Shown here: positions 22,495 to 34,334 of the stretch, piece after piece
How positions within the stretch are numbered: the stretch's first letter is position 1
Layout: the number at the start of each line of letters is the position of its first letter
Assembly (NCBI GenBank): GCA_964016885.1
Contig: OZ024741.1
Location: 24,180,001 to 24,244,000 of the forward strand
Reading direction: 5' to 3'
Length of the DNA: 64,000 nucleotides
Origin: Eledone cirrhosa
Lineage: Eukaryota
The notes under the pieces: generated by a model
Told to the model about the DNA's origin: nothing
Databases searched by the model: none
The model's input: the letters and a program-made list of their open reading frames with translations, nothing else
Position numbers and translations under genes: made by a program

Positions 22495-24990
22495 ATGGAG
22501 TATATGAGAGAGAATGAAGATGAGAATCTGTTGGATGTGAAACCATTCCATCAGGATATTTCTCAGGATGAGACACAGATTCATTCAGATGTGAAACCAT
22601 TCAACTCTGACATAAAAAGCAAATCTCTTTCTGAGGATTACCAGTTGTCCATTGAAAAGCAAATTCACTCAGAAGAGGAGGAGACCAACAATGAAATTTT
22701 AAGTGAAAACAAAAGTATTCAGTTGACATTAAGCAAGAAACAAGAAATTAATTCAGTGGAAGGTACCAACCATTGTGAGTTGTGTGGGAAGACCTTTCCT
22801 CTTAAAAGTGATATTACTCAACATAAATGTCTTAATACAAAAGTGAAAATTCATCAGTGTAAGGTTTGCGAGAAAACTTTCTCCCATCGTAGTGCTTTAT
22901 CCATTCACAAACGGATTCATACTGGGGAAAGACCATTTGTCTGTGAGTTTTGTGGTAAAGCATTCTCCCAAAGTGCTCATTTGACTAAACACCTCCGTGT
23001 TCATGCAGCAGAGAGACCCTACACCTGTGACATTTGTAATGAATCTTTCTCGCTAAATTCCGACCTTTCTCTCCACAAAGCAAGCCACACTGAAGAGAAA
23101 CCATTTCACTGCGAAATGTGTGATAAGTCCTTCTCTCTGAAACGATCTTACCTCCGTCACAAACACAATCATGATAAAGAGAAGGAATTTACATGTGAAA
23201 TCTGTAACAAGACATTTGCTTGGAGCAGTCAATTGGCTGCTCATAAACGTATCCACACTGGTGAACGACCTTACAATTGTGATGTATGTGGAAAAACCTT
23301 CTCCCACAGCAGTTCTTTAGCAACCCACCAGATGATTCACACTGGGGTTAAACCATATGCATGTGACATTTGTGGCAAAAAATTTTCTAAAAATACATAT
23401 TTATCTCGTCACAGTCGAATTCACACTGGTGAAAAACCTTACAATTGTGACATTTGTGGCAAAACTTTTTCACAAAATGGTTCCCTAACTACCCACAAAT
23501 TAACACACACTGGTGAAAAACCGTTTCGTTGTGAAATTTGTGGCAAAGGGTTCTTTCGAAATAGCTATTTATCTACACATGTGCGAACACACACAGGAGA
23601 GAAACCCTACCACTGTGAGATCTGCGGTAAAGCATTCTCCCGAAAGGGTGGTTTATCTACCCACCAAGTTACCCACTCTTCAGAGAAGCCATTTGTCTGC
23701 GAGTTTTGTGGTAATGCTTTCTCAAACATTTATAATTTGATTAGACACAAATTGACACATACTGGAGTGAAACCGTATCGTTGTGAGATTTGTGGCAAAG
23801 GTTTCTATCGGAATAATCATTTATCTATTCATGTACGCATCCATACTGGGGAACGGCCTTATGCCTGTGAAATTTGTGGTAAAACGTTTTCAGACAAAAG
23901 TTCATTTCGTGGCCACAAACTAACACATTCTACTGAGAAACCATTTTCCTGTGATGTGTGTGGCAAAGCCTTTTCCCAAAATCGCGTACTAATTTGCCAC
24001 AAACGTATTCACACAGGAGAGAAACCTTACCATTGCGATATATGTGGGAAAACATTTGCTCAAAATAGTATGTTAAAGTGTCATAGGCGTACTCACACGG
24101 GGGAGAAAGCATTTGAGTGTGATTTTTGTGGTAGGAAATTTGCTCAGAGGAATGCATTAGTTTATCATAAACGTATGCATACTGGTGAGAAACCATACCA
24201 CTGTGACATTTGTGGTAAGAGCTTTGCACGAAGTGGTGCATTAACTACGCATCAAATAACTCACAGTGGGATTAAGCCATATGTGTGTGACCTTTGTGGC
24301 AAAGCATTTGCACGATATGACACCTTAGCTCGGCACATACTAACTCATACAGAGAGAGCACCATATTATTGCAACGTTTGTGGTAAGTCCTTCACCCAGA
24401 ATAGCAATTTATCTCGTCACAAACAAACTCACTCGAAAAACCACTCATTAGCTAACGAACCAATAACTAATCAGCTGTCAGATGACCAGCCACTACCTAG
24501 TAATCCATTGGATGATCAATCATTAGTTAACCAACTATCAGACAATCAATCATTAATTAACCAGTCCTCAAACAATCAACTTTTAAACAACCAGTCATAC
24601 AATCAGCTATTAGCTAGCCAGCCATCAGATAGTCAGCTATTAGCTAGCCAGCCATCAGATAGTCAGCTATTAGCTAGCCAGCCATCAGATAGTCAGCTAT
24701 TAGCTAGCCAGCCATCAGATAGTCAGCTATTAGCTAGCCAGCCATCAGATAGTCAGTTATTAGCTAGCCAGCCATCAGATAGTCAGCTATTAGTTAGCCA
24801 GCCATCAGATAGTCAGCCATCAGATAGTCAGTTATTAGCTAGCCAGCCATCAGATAGCCAACCATCAGATAGTCAGCTATTAGCTAGCCAGTCATCAGAT
24901 AATCAGTTATTAGCTAACCAGCCATCAGATAAGGAAGCATTAACTGCTGTGAAGGTTGAGACAAATGTTAGTGAGGAAACTGTACAGTAA
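22495..24990 (+). CDS. Tandem C2H2 zinc finger protein, 831 aa (19 canonical fingers plus one C2HC-like finger; acidic N-terminus; S/Q-rich repeat tail)
   Basis: Intact ORF with CxxC-12-HxxxH fingers and TGEKP-type linkers. Good start context (aagATGG). A splice acceptor tttttgttttcattgtag ending at 22298 suggests an upstream non-coding exon. Confidence 0.95.
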   Translation: MEYMRENEDENLLDVKPFHQDISQDETQIHSDVKPFNSDIKSKSLSEDYQLSIEKQIHSEEEETNNEILSENKSIQLTLSKKQEINSVEGTNHCELCGKTFPLKSDITQHKCLNTKVKIHQCKVCEKTFSHRSALSIHKRIHTGERPFVCEFCGKAFSQSAHLTKHLRVHAAERPYTCDICNESFSLNSDLSLHKASHTEEKPFHCEMCDKSFSLKRSYLRHKHNHDKEKEFTCEICNKTFAWSSQLAAHKRIHTGERPYNCDVCGKTFSHSSSLATHQMIHTGVKPYACDICGKKFSKNTYLSRHSRIHTGEKPYNCDICGKTFSQNGSLTTHKLTHTGEKPFRCEICGKGFFRNSYLSTHVRTHTGEKPYHCEICGKAFSRKGGLSTHQVTHSSEKPFVCEFCGNAFSNIYNLIRHKLTHTGVKPYRCEICGKGFYRNNHLSIHVRIHTGERPYACEICGKTFSDKSSFRGHKLTHSTEKPFSCDVCGKAFSQNRVLICHKRIHTGEKPYHCDICGKTFAQNSMLKCHRRTHTGEKAFECDFCGRKFAQRNALVYHKRMHTGEKPYHCDICGKSFARSGALTTHQITHSGIKPYVCDLCGKAFARYDTLARHILTHTERAPYYCNVCGKSFTQNSNLSRHKQTHSKNHSLANEPITNQLSDDQPLPSNPLDDQSLVNQLSDNQSLINQSSNNQLLNNQSYNQLLASQPSDSQLLASQPSDSQLLASQPSDSQLLASQPSDSQLLASQPSDSQLLASQPSDSQLLVSQPSDSQPSDSQLLASQPSDSQPSDSQLLASQSSDNQLLANQPSDKEALTAVKVETNVSEETVQ
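24601..24930 (+). repeat. In-frame 30-bp coding VNTR encoding (SQLLASQPSD)n with 15-bp half-unit insertions
   Basis: agtcagctattagctagccagccatcagat repeated almost perfectly. Confidence 0.95.
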
Positions 24991-26232
24991 CCACTGATAT
25001 TTATTGTTACTGGAGAAATATTGGTGATATTAGGTGGTAAACCATCCTATTTGGAGTTCTCTTGGAACAGAATACCATTTCATGTTCTATGAAAAGTTGT
25101 GCTAAACCAGTGTTATGCTATATTCCCCAAATTATAATCTAGTTCACCCACAAAGAAATAATATTGGGAAATCGTCGGGTATTTACATGGAACTAGTCTT
25201 CTATTTGACAAAGACATTGATCTACTTCTTAATTTATTGATATATTGCCAGTGGGCTTATGGCAGTGAAATCCGTAGTCTACAAGCACTGAAGAATTTAA
25301 CAAATTTCACAATGGAGAAAAAAAGAGAATGAGACCAAATCAAATTAAAAATTTGTGTTAAAACAAATTTACTGAAATAAGCTCATATAATTGAAATGAA
25401 TGTACAGTTAGTCACAAATTGATTCATATATTTAAGAGAATGTGGAGAGATGTTGAAGTCATTATCTAAAGATCATATTTGAGCCACGTATTTATGGAAC
25501 TATATTTAAGTAGTTATACAATTTAGGTGACAGTTTTCTTGCAAATTCTACCTATAGGATCCTAAAGTTTATGGTCTCTCATTAAATACCAAATATCAGG
25601 CCAGTAATTAGACACTGTGTCACATTTTCCTAACATTTAAGCTGACTTGATAACTATCAGTACTATAAACACCACTACTATAAACTACCACTACTATAAC
25701 TACTACTACCAGTAGATCCAGATGAAACCTGTTACTGCTAGGTTTGAACCATCTTTCTCTACCTTTAGATTTGACATTTTATTTAGCACCAAGTCAGTCT
25801 TGAATAAACCGATCTATGATCAGTGGCATGCTCGCTATAACTATCCCATTTTTTCAAATATAATCTATCTTAGAGTACATTATCCAATGTGTCCTTGTTT
25901 TTTAAAAGATTGTAGAATATAATTTGAGAGAGATGTGGTTGATATTTCTAGCAGGTTCAGTGATCATGTGAAGACTCTGGTTTTGAATTGTGGAGAATAT
26001 TTTATAAGTTGTCAAAGACAAGGAAGCATATTCAGTGGTTGCCTCTGTCTCTCCTATCTGAAGGAATCTGTTGTAATGTCCAATGAAAACTGTTTATACC
26101 TTTGTGGAGGTGGTGTGTTTTATAATAGTTGATATTCCAACTATTGTTCCCTCATGTCAGTTGCTGGTTGAAAAAATTATTAATAAAAGTCTGTATGATA
26201 CTGTTAGTGCTCCAGCTGGGTGAGGGATTATG

Positions 26233-26842
26233 TTAAACTCTTAACATCCTGTAATGATTTAGCAGAAAATATCTAAAAGCAGATTTTTTAATTCAAATTT
26301 ACTAGTAGAGACAGATCATTGTGAAAATTTGCAGTTTTAGAGTAAAGACTTAAATGTTTAGTTTAAGTAATGTTTTATAATTTCAAGAAAGTCTTGCTAA
26401 CAGTTTCAGTATGATAGAGGACATAATGTCTTGCTAACAGTTTCAGTATGATAGAGGACATAATGTCTTGCTAACAGTTTCAGTATGATAGAGGACATAA
26501 TGTCTTGCTAATAGTTTCAGTATGATAGAGGACATAATGTCTTGCTAATAGTTTCAGTATGATAGAGGACATAATGTCTTGCTAATAGTTTCAGTATGAT
26601 AGAGGACATAATGTCTTGCTAATAGTTTCAGTATGATAGAGGACATAATGTCTTGCTAATAGTTTCAGTATGATAGAGGACATAATGTCTTGCTAATAGT
26701 TTCAGTATGATAGAGGACATAATGTCTTGCTAACAGTTTCAATATGATAGAGGACATAATGTCTTGCTAACAGTTTCAGTATGATAGAGGACATAATGTC
26801 TTGCTAACAGTTTCAATATGATAGAGGACATTAAGAGTTAAA
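26233..26842 (+). mobile_element. Non-autonomous TIR element (family 3) containing a minisatellite
   Basis: Termini AACTCTTAACATCCT ... AGGACATTAAGAGTT; left ~150 bp homologous to 12920-13095. Confidence 0.65.
26391..26832. repeat. 37-bp minisatellite (GTCTTGCTAACAGTTTCAGTATGATAGAGGACATAAT) x ~12
   Basis: Read directly; near-perfect units. Confidence 0.97.
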
Positions 26843-27284
26843 GGACCTCTACCAAGACTTGTGAGATCAATGGCAAGTGAACTTCTGACATTTTGTAATC
26901 AAGTAAAGTATGTGTGTTAGTACTGAACAGTTTAGCAATCAGAGTGTATAGTAGCAATGACAAATTCATCAGAATGGAAGTTTGTTTTTGTCCCATTTAG
27001 TATTGAAGATTAACTGGTTTTTCACTAGTAATCTACTATCAGATTAATGTCTGAAATAGGAATGGAAATGACTTGAGCAATTCATTGTTCCAATTTGAAA
27101 TCTCATTAAAACAAGTTTTGTTCTTTAACTGGAGAATGCTGCTGTATTTAAAATAAGTCAGAGAAATCAACATTGTTTAACATACATTTTCCATGCTAGC
27201 ATGGGTAGGATAAATATACAGGTCAACCCTATTTTAAACAAAGCTGTGTTTAGTTTTCAATCAATAATGAAAATATTGAGATAT

Positions 27285-27455
27285 CCCACAAGGCCAACAA
27301 TTTGAAGGGGAGGGGAAAGTCGATTAAATCGACCCCTGTACTTACCAGTGCTTTATTTTATTGACCCTATAAGGATAAAAGGCAAAGTTAACCTCAGCAG
27401 GATTTGAACTCTATGCCGCAAAGCAGTGTCCGATTCTCTACCAATACTGCCAAAT
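27285..27455 (-). mobile_element. Family A SINE
   Basis: cacaaggcca.caattt...tttattttattgaccc...aggcaaagttaacctcagcaggatttgaactc. Confidence 0.8.
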
Positions 27456-27652
27456 AATGCGGTTCTTTTTATACTTCTTTTATTCTTTAAAAATATGATA
27501 AACTGCACTTTTCAAAGCTTGCATTAAGAATGAAGACAAGTTGAATTTGATACCTGCTTTTATAGCAAGTTTATGTAGGTGTTTATCTCCCCCACCCTCC
27601 AGGTTTTGTTGCATGCGATTAAAAAAACTGCATTTTTTATAGGATAACCCAA

Positions 27653-27850
27653 TAGTTTCTTCCACATACATTGAAGAATGAGTTTGAAATATGGTAGTTT
27701 CTTCCACATACATTGAAGAATTGGTTTGAAATAGTTTCTTCCACATACATTGAAGAATGAGTTTGAAATATGATAGTTTTTTCCACATACGTTGAAGAAT
27801 GAGTTTGAAATAAGATAGTTTCTTCCACATACATTGAAGAATGAGTTTGA
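27653..27850. repeat. ~42-bp minisatellite (TAGTTTCTTCCACATACATTGAAGAATGAGTTTGAAATATGG) x ~5
   Basis: Read directly. Confidence 0.92.
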
Positions 27851-28267
27851 GGTTAAAGTGAAATGAAGGAAAATGGTTGCAGTTGAAAATAAAAAAATTT
27901 ATTCACAAAAGAAAATTCTCGATTTGAGTTTGGGGATTTGAAACAACTGTTTGAAGAAGTAAATGTACAGAAGTGATAATTGAAGGAAGGGTAATTTTTC
28001 TTGAAGAACGGAGTCGCCCACCTGATTTAAGGTACACACAATCTGGTATCCTAAAACATATAAACCTCAGTAGAGATAACTCATTAATAATTCAGAAGAA
28101 ATCTTATCCATTATACAATAATTTATTCTGGTTAGTCTCAACATTTTAGATTTCTTCATATTTGGAGGAAATCTTGGAATTTCAAACCAAGCCATTTAAT
28201 TCTAGTTAGAGTCCTCTTCATATTCAGTAGAAATCTTGGAATTTCAAACATTTATTCAAACCATTAA

Positions 28268-28475
28268 CCCTTAAGCATTTACATTACTCTCTATATACTA
28301 TTGTATTTTCACAGTAAAGGCTTTACCTCACATAATATCGAATCTATGAGATTTTGTTATTATTTATTTTGAGAACAATACCTTAACATCAGTATTAGTG
28401 GTCAGTTATGGCCAGTTTGAACAGAAAGAGGTGAGACAGTTCTGGCCGGATACAGCCGGTTTAAATGCTAAAGGG
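28268..28475 (+). mobile_element. piggyBac-like MITE, family 2
   Basis: TTAA|CCCTTAAGCATTTA ... TAAATGCTAAAGGG|TTAC; homologous along its length to 16356-16541. Confidence 0.85.
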
Positions 28476-30610
28476 TTACAGTAAATTGTTCTCATTCTAT
28501 TGACCATGGCCAAGATATCCTCATATTCGATATGGGACAATAACATAGTTATTACAATAATTAGTGAAGTGTAAATGTGTTAGTTTACTTGGAAGTTGTA
28601 TGTTCAATCTCTGGTATATACAACTAGTGTATATACTCTGTGTATATACTCAAGTTTAAGCTGAATAGACGAACAACATAACAACTAATAAGAGGGTGTC
28701 CAGCAGGAACTGTAAGTGTTGATCCTACAAAAGCCATCCTATACATGCTAGCATGGAGATGTTTAGATCCATATGTACATGCATATATATATATATATGT
28801 GTGCGTGTGTGTATATATATATATATACATATATATTTATTTATTTATTGTTTATCCGAAAGATAAAACTAGTAATTGTGAAGATATAGCTTGAATTAAA
28901 TATTATATCACTCTACTTTTTGTATTGAGTACTTTTTCTATGTTTTATGCATCCACTCTCCTATCATCAACATAATTTGACATCCATTTCCCCCCTATTA
29001 GCTTGGGTTGTGCATTTTATTATGACACCAGCACTAGGGTGATTGTCATGTCTGTGACAACTAAAGGGTCCTCTCGACCCTTTGTTTTCCAAGTTTTTTA
29101 CAGCTTGATGTCCTTCCTATCACCTGATACCATCATCACTACCATTTAACATCTATTATCTATACCTACATGGGTTAGATGGGTTGTCACATTCTGAGGC
29201 TTGGCCAGTCAAGTGACCATGTCTTGTTTGTATGTTCTGTTTTGGTTTGGTTTTTACAGTTAGATGCCTTTCCTAATGCCAGTCTCTTCATAGCATGTGT
29301 TGCATATATGCATACATACATATATAAATATATTTAAAAGAGTCAAAGCGAGTGTTGCATATATATATGTGTCTAACACCCGTGGGCATGCCTACAAAGT
29401 CAGAAAACAGCACAGCTCCCATGACTTTCAGAAACATTTTGATGAGTTGTAGTGCACCTGAGCACTGTACACAATTTTATTATTATTATATACGCACACA
29501 TACAAACATATATGTACACATATATTGCCCTGACACTGAGTCACTCCCCCATCAACTGATTACACCTCCCCTTCACCTATCATTCCTCCGTCTTCCTCTT
29601 TCTAGAGAATGATCCTCCATCACAGTCTGATCGCTCCACCTTCACCCTTCCATCCCTTCCCTCATTTAAGTCCACCCAAAATCTTGAGAATTTTCTGACC
29701 ATAGTACTCTTGCCCTCCCTCCCCTGTTAGATCCTAACCCTGCCGTCATATATGCTGTTTCATAACCACCACTGGATACTAAGGCTGCTCTTTCCAAATC
29801 CGTAACCCCTTCTGCTGCACCTCTAGAAGTCTCATGTATTGGCTCTGTTGCACACTATGAAGCCATTGACTGACTGACCAATTCAGCAAGCATCATGAGG
29901 TTCAACAACCAGTCTCTGATCAACTAACATTTCCTCTCCACTGTTTGTTTGCTCTACACAATACCTCATTGTTTCCAGCCTCATTTCCAGCACTGGGCTT
30001 CTTCCTCCAGAGGGTTCATTACTTCATCTCTCTCTTGGTCTCAATGTGACACCCTAATTTTTCTAGTCTGCACTCACCCACCTTATTCTCAAACACTCAA
30101 CACCCACATACTCTCCACTTGCACACCTACACATGCTTCGTACACCAATATTCACCAACACACTCACATACATGCACCAACACATACTCTCTGGTCTCAA
30201 ATAATCATCCCCCTGCTATTTATTAAATTTTCAGATCAATTTTCAACCCACCCACTCACTTATTCCACCCCCTCCCCACTATTTTTGGACCCTGAAAGTA
30301 CAACTGTACAAACATGCTGTATGAGTCTTGGAACATTCATCAAAACCAGTGAAAAGTGTATTGGTTGAAAGATAAATTAGTTGAAAATTTATATTGAAGA
30401 GGAAGTTTGTGTTTCAAACTTTTGAAATTTTCCAATGAAATAAGTAAAAAAATTAAAACAAGTAATGAAATAATTTATAGATATTTAAAATCAAACTGTC
30501 AATATTTTATGGTTCTAAAAAAAAAATGTCAGTCAGCATGAATAGATATATTTCAGTTTGTTTTCAAATGTTTTCCATTGGATATGTCTTTGATGTCAAT
30601 TGATTTGATG

Positions 30611-30880
30611 TGAAGGCATATAGCTTAGTGGTTAGGGTGTTCGGTTTTTTATTGTAAGGTCATAGGTTTGATTCCCAGAGGCATATTGTCTACTTGAACA
30701 CGACACTTTATTTCACATTGCTCCAGTTCATTCAACAGTCTTGTCTCACTGTTATGCTGAATCTCCCTGAGAATTATAATAAAGTTGTATATGTTTGTGG
30801 AATTCTCATCCACTTATATGTTAATTTCACTGGCTGTTTAAACAACTGGAACACTTGTCATTGGAACTGACAGAGATCCT
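30611..30880 (+). mobile_element. tRNA-derived CORE-like SINE
   Basis: tgaaggcatatagcttagtggttaggg...ggtttgattcc...cactttatttcacattgctccagttca. Confidence 0.7.
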
Positions 30881-31011
30881 ACACACTGTCAACAAATGTT
30901 TAATGTTTTCAATCAGTTGACCTTTAAAACTTTAAACTAATATGCTTTCTACAAATGTGTCTTGAAGAATCGGCAGTATTTCCTGTGTATATATGTTTAC
31001 ATACACACACA

Positions 31012-31220
31012 CATCATCATCTTTGTTTAACGTCCATTTTTCCATGCTAGCATGGATTAGACGAGTTGTCCTGTTGTGAGGTAAGTCTAGTCAGGTGACC
31101 ATGTCTTGCTTATACAGAACTAATTTTGATTGGTTTCTACAGCTGGATGCCCTTCTTAACATCAGCCACATTTACAGTGTGGGCTGGGTGCTTTTTGTCA
31201 TCACCACTTTACAGTGTATG
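31012..31220 (-). mobile_element. (GAT)n-tailed SINE-like repeat
   Basis: catcatcat...tttaacgtccatttttccatgctagcatgg...cagctggatgcccttc.taac. Confidence 0.8.
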
Positions 31221-31340
31221 TATAAAATGCTGAGTTATAGGTGTGCCAGGCAAAGGGCCTTTAGTTTCTACCTCATTACTAATGCTTTGTTGTATTTCTA
31301 ACAAAGTCAATCAATTCTCCATGGTCCTGTTCACCAAGCT

Positions 31341-31647
31341 CAGTGTTTCCCAACCTATGGCCACATGGCTAAAATGGACCATGGAAAATTTCAGGTGGGC
31401 TACAGAAATTTTATAATTTTTTTTTGTTGTTTTGTGCCATATATAGGAAAAATTGTAAAAATAAATATTGATAATAAATGGTCATTTCATTGGAGATGTG
31501 AAATTGTGTCCAATAGACATAGTTGTATCTTTATTAGATATATTCTATGTAAAATGGAAGTAATTTTTTACACTATAATAATTTCATGGGCCACAAAAAT
31601 TCTTGGTTCAAAGTGAGCCATGGGCTAAAAAAGGTTGGGAATCACTG
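31341..31647. mobile_element. hAT (Charlie-like) MITE
   Basis: TIRs CAGTGTTTCCCAACCT / AGGTTGGGAATCACTG; flanks ACCAAGCT and ACCTAACT form a degenerate 8-bp TSD (6/8). Confidence 0.8.
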
Positions 31648-31889
31648 ACCTAACTACTAATATAGTGCTACTGCTCACTAGTGTACTTACTCAATTTGTC
31701 TCACTTGTCTGGAAAAGGCAATAAAGGGACCACTCCAGTGTATAGCCCCTTAAATCCTATAATGCCCTAACAATCACCACCCCCAGGGGTTAGGGTGGTA
31801 CTTCTTCACCCTTTGTAAATAGCCTCATCTGTGTAATGGATGTTTTATTTATTTTGTTTTGTGGATGGGTGGCAGTTCCTTTACAATTG

Positions 31890-32410
31890 TTATGTGTTAC
31901 ATGTGTGTGACACAGCAATGTTAGAATGTGTTGTGGCCTTGTGTGTGTGTTACAACAGTGTTACATGTGTGTGACAGCAATGTTAGAATGTGTTGTGGCC
32001 TTGTGTGTGTGTGACACAGCAATGTTAGAATGTGTTGTGGCCTTGTGTGTGTTACAACAGTGTTACATGTGTGTGACACAGCAATGTTAGAATGTGTTGT
32101 GGCCTTGTGTGTGTGTTACAACAGTGTGACAGTAGTGTTAGAATGTGTTGTGGCCTTGTTATGTGTGTGACACTGATTTTCTGGTTATATGATGTGTTAC
32201 ATGAATGTCATGGGGATGTGTTGCAGTGGTGTTACACCAATGTTACATGTGTTACACCTATGTTACTGTGATGCAAGATGTGTTAGTGTGGTGTTTTTAC
32301 CACGAGATTACATGTGTCGCAGTAATATATTAATGCTACATGTGTTAGAGTGAGGTTACACATGTGTCACAACAATGCTACATGTGTGTTACAGTGATAT
32401 GTGTGTTTTC
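31890..32410. repeat. TG-rich compound minisatellite decaying rightwards
   Basis: Recurrent gcaatgttagaatgtgttgtggccttgtgtgtg and tgttacatgtgt modules. Confidence 0.8.
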
Positions 32411-33357
32411 AGACACTGAAATACACTAAATGGTTTGATAAATAAAGTCTGATCTTCAAAAACATAACTGTTTGTTTTTTTCCAACTGTTGCAATAATAA
32501 TCTTTGGTATGTATCCTTCCTAAACCAATTCCTTTATTTGTTGACATTGGTTCAATTCAGAGAGAGTGGGGTTTGTATAAATAAGGATTTATTCTCATTT
32601 TATATCACAGGTATGGCTGTCTGGTTAAGAAGTTTGGGTTGTGTGGTTTAAGAGGTTTGGGCTGTATGGTTAAGAAGTTTGCTTTACAACTATGTGACTT
32701 CAGGCCTGATCCCACTCTATGGTAGCAGGAGTATTGTCTGTTGTAACCATAAGCTGACCAATATCTTGTGAGTTTCATTCACAAGACATTGGTCAACCTT
32801 GCTGACAGAAACTATGTGGAAGCCCTTTGTATATATCATCATCATCATCATATTTTATTTTATGCCTGTTTTCCCATGCTAGTATGTATTGGACAGATCA
32901 TTACAGATCAAATGAATTATTAATCAGAGCTAATGTCCTAGATGGGTCTAGGACCACTTCTCTCTTAATATGTTTCATTTTGGAGATGATTTCTTCTGTC
33001 GGGTGTCCTTCCTAACACCAACCCCTTTACAAAATATACTGGGTGTATTTTATTGGGACACCAACACTAGAGAGGTTGTCAAGTATTTGACATAACTAAT
33101 GAGTTTTCCCTGCCCTATACATGTGCAAATGTTTTCTACATTTTTTCATTGACATTACTTGGGATGTTTATTTACTGCAAAACAATGTCTCACAGCTTGT
33201 TTAAAATACTGAAGATTAGTTGGCATAAAACAGCATCATAGAATATGGCCAGATGCCAATAAGTTTCATCTTATCCCATGTATGCCAGCATAGAAAAGGT
33301 TGATGTAAAAACAATGATAATGAAGTCCTTATATTTTCAGTGAACTTAAGACCAATG

Positions 33358-33981
33358 GTTTGATGTCTGTATTTCTGTCCAGGAATATTTACAGTGAAGT
33401 TTGATGTCTGTATTTCTGTCCAGGAATATTACAGTGAAGTTTGATGTCTGTATTTCTGTCCAGGAATATTACAGTGAAGTTTGATGTCTGTATTTCTGTC
33501 CAGGAATATTACAGTGAAGTTTGATGTCTGTATTTCTGTCCAGGAATATTACAGTGAAGTTTGATGTCTGTATTTCTGTCCAGGAATATTACAGTGAAGT
33601 TTGATGTCTGTATTTCTGTCCAGAAATATTACAGTGAAGTTTGATGTCTGTATTTCTGTCCAGGAATATTACAGTGTAGTTTGATGTCTGTATTTCTGTC
33701 CAGGAACATTTACAGTGAAGTTTGATGTCTGTATTTCTGTCCAGGAATATTACAGTGTAGTTTGATGTCTGTATTTCTGTCCAGGAACATTTACAGTGAA
33801 GTTTGATGTCTGTATTTCTGTCCAGGAATATTACAGTGTAGTTTGATGTCTGTATTTCTGTCCAGGAACATTTACAGTGAAGTTTGATGTCTGTATTTCT
33901 GTCCAGGAATATTACAGTGAAGTTTGCTGTCTGTATTTCTGTCCAGGAATATTTACAGTGAAGTTTGATGTCTGTATTTCT
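33358..33981. repeat. 40/41-bp minisatellite (ACAGTGAAGTTTGATGTCTGTATTTCTGTCCAGGAATATT)n, left part
   Basis: Read directly; interrupted mid-unit by the LTR element. Confidence 0.97.
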
Positions 33982-34216
33982 TGTGGGTATGGTGTGGCGT
34001 GCGGTGGCCGGAAGCGGGGGAGTGCTCGACCGGAAGGGTGCTTGGTCGGAAGGGCCAGCAGATGGCCCTCTCTAGTGGTGACCAGCAACGGTGTGGACGC
34101 GAATTTGGCAGCTCCCGGTGTTAAGCAGCTGGATGCACGTGGAAGAGGAGTAACCTGCAGTGGAATTTAGCGGCGCCTATGAAAAGTGGTAAGTGAGATA
34201 ACTTTTTCTAACCACA
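33982..34216 (+). repeat. 5' LTR (235 bp)
   Basis: TGTGGG...AACCACA; aligns with the 3' LTR with roughly 11-12 substitutions and two indels (manual count). Confidence 0.95.
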
Positions 34217-34228
34217 AGCTATTTCGGC
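34217..34228 (+). other. Putative non-canonical primer-binding site AGCTATTTCGGC
   Basis: Directly abuts the 5' LTR. It is the reverse complement of GCCGAAATAGCT, nt 1-12 of metazoan tRNA-Phe(GAA) as recalled. Confidence 0.65.
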
Positions 34229-34334
34229 ACTGGAAACAGATCTGATTGAAAAAAAAGAAAAAAAAAAAAGCTACTGGAAAAACAGAGAGGAGTCTGTTGT
34301 TTTTTTTATCACGTACCGCAAGACAAATTAGAAG

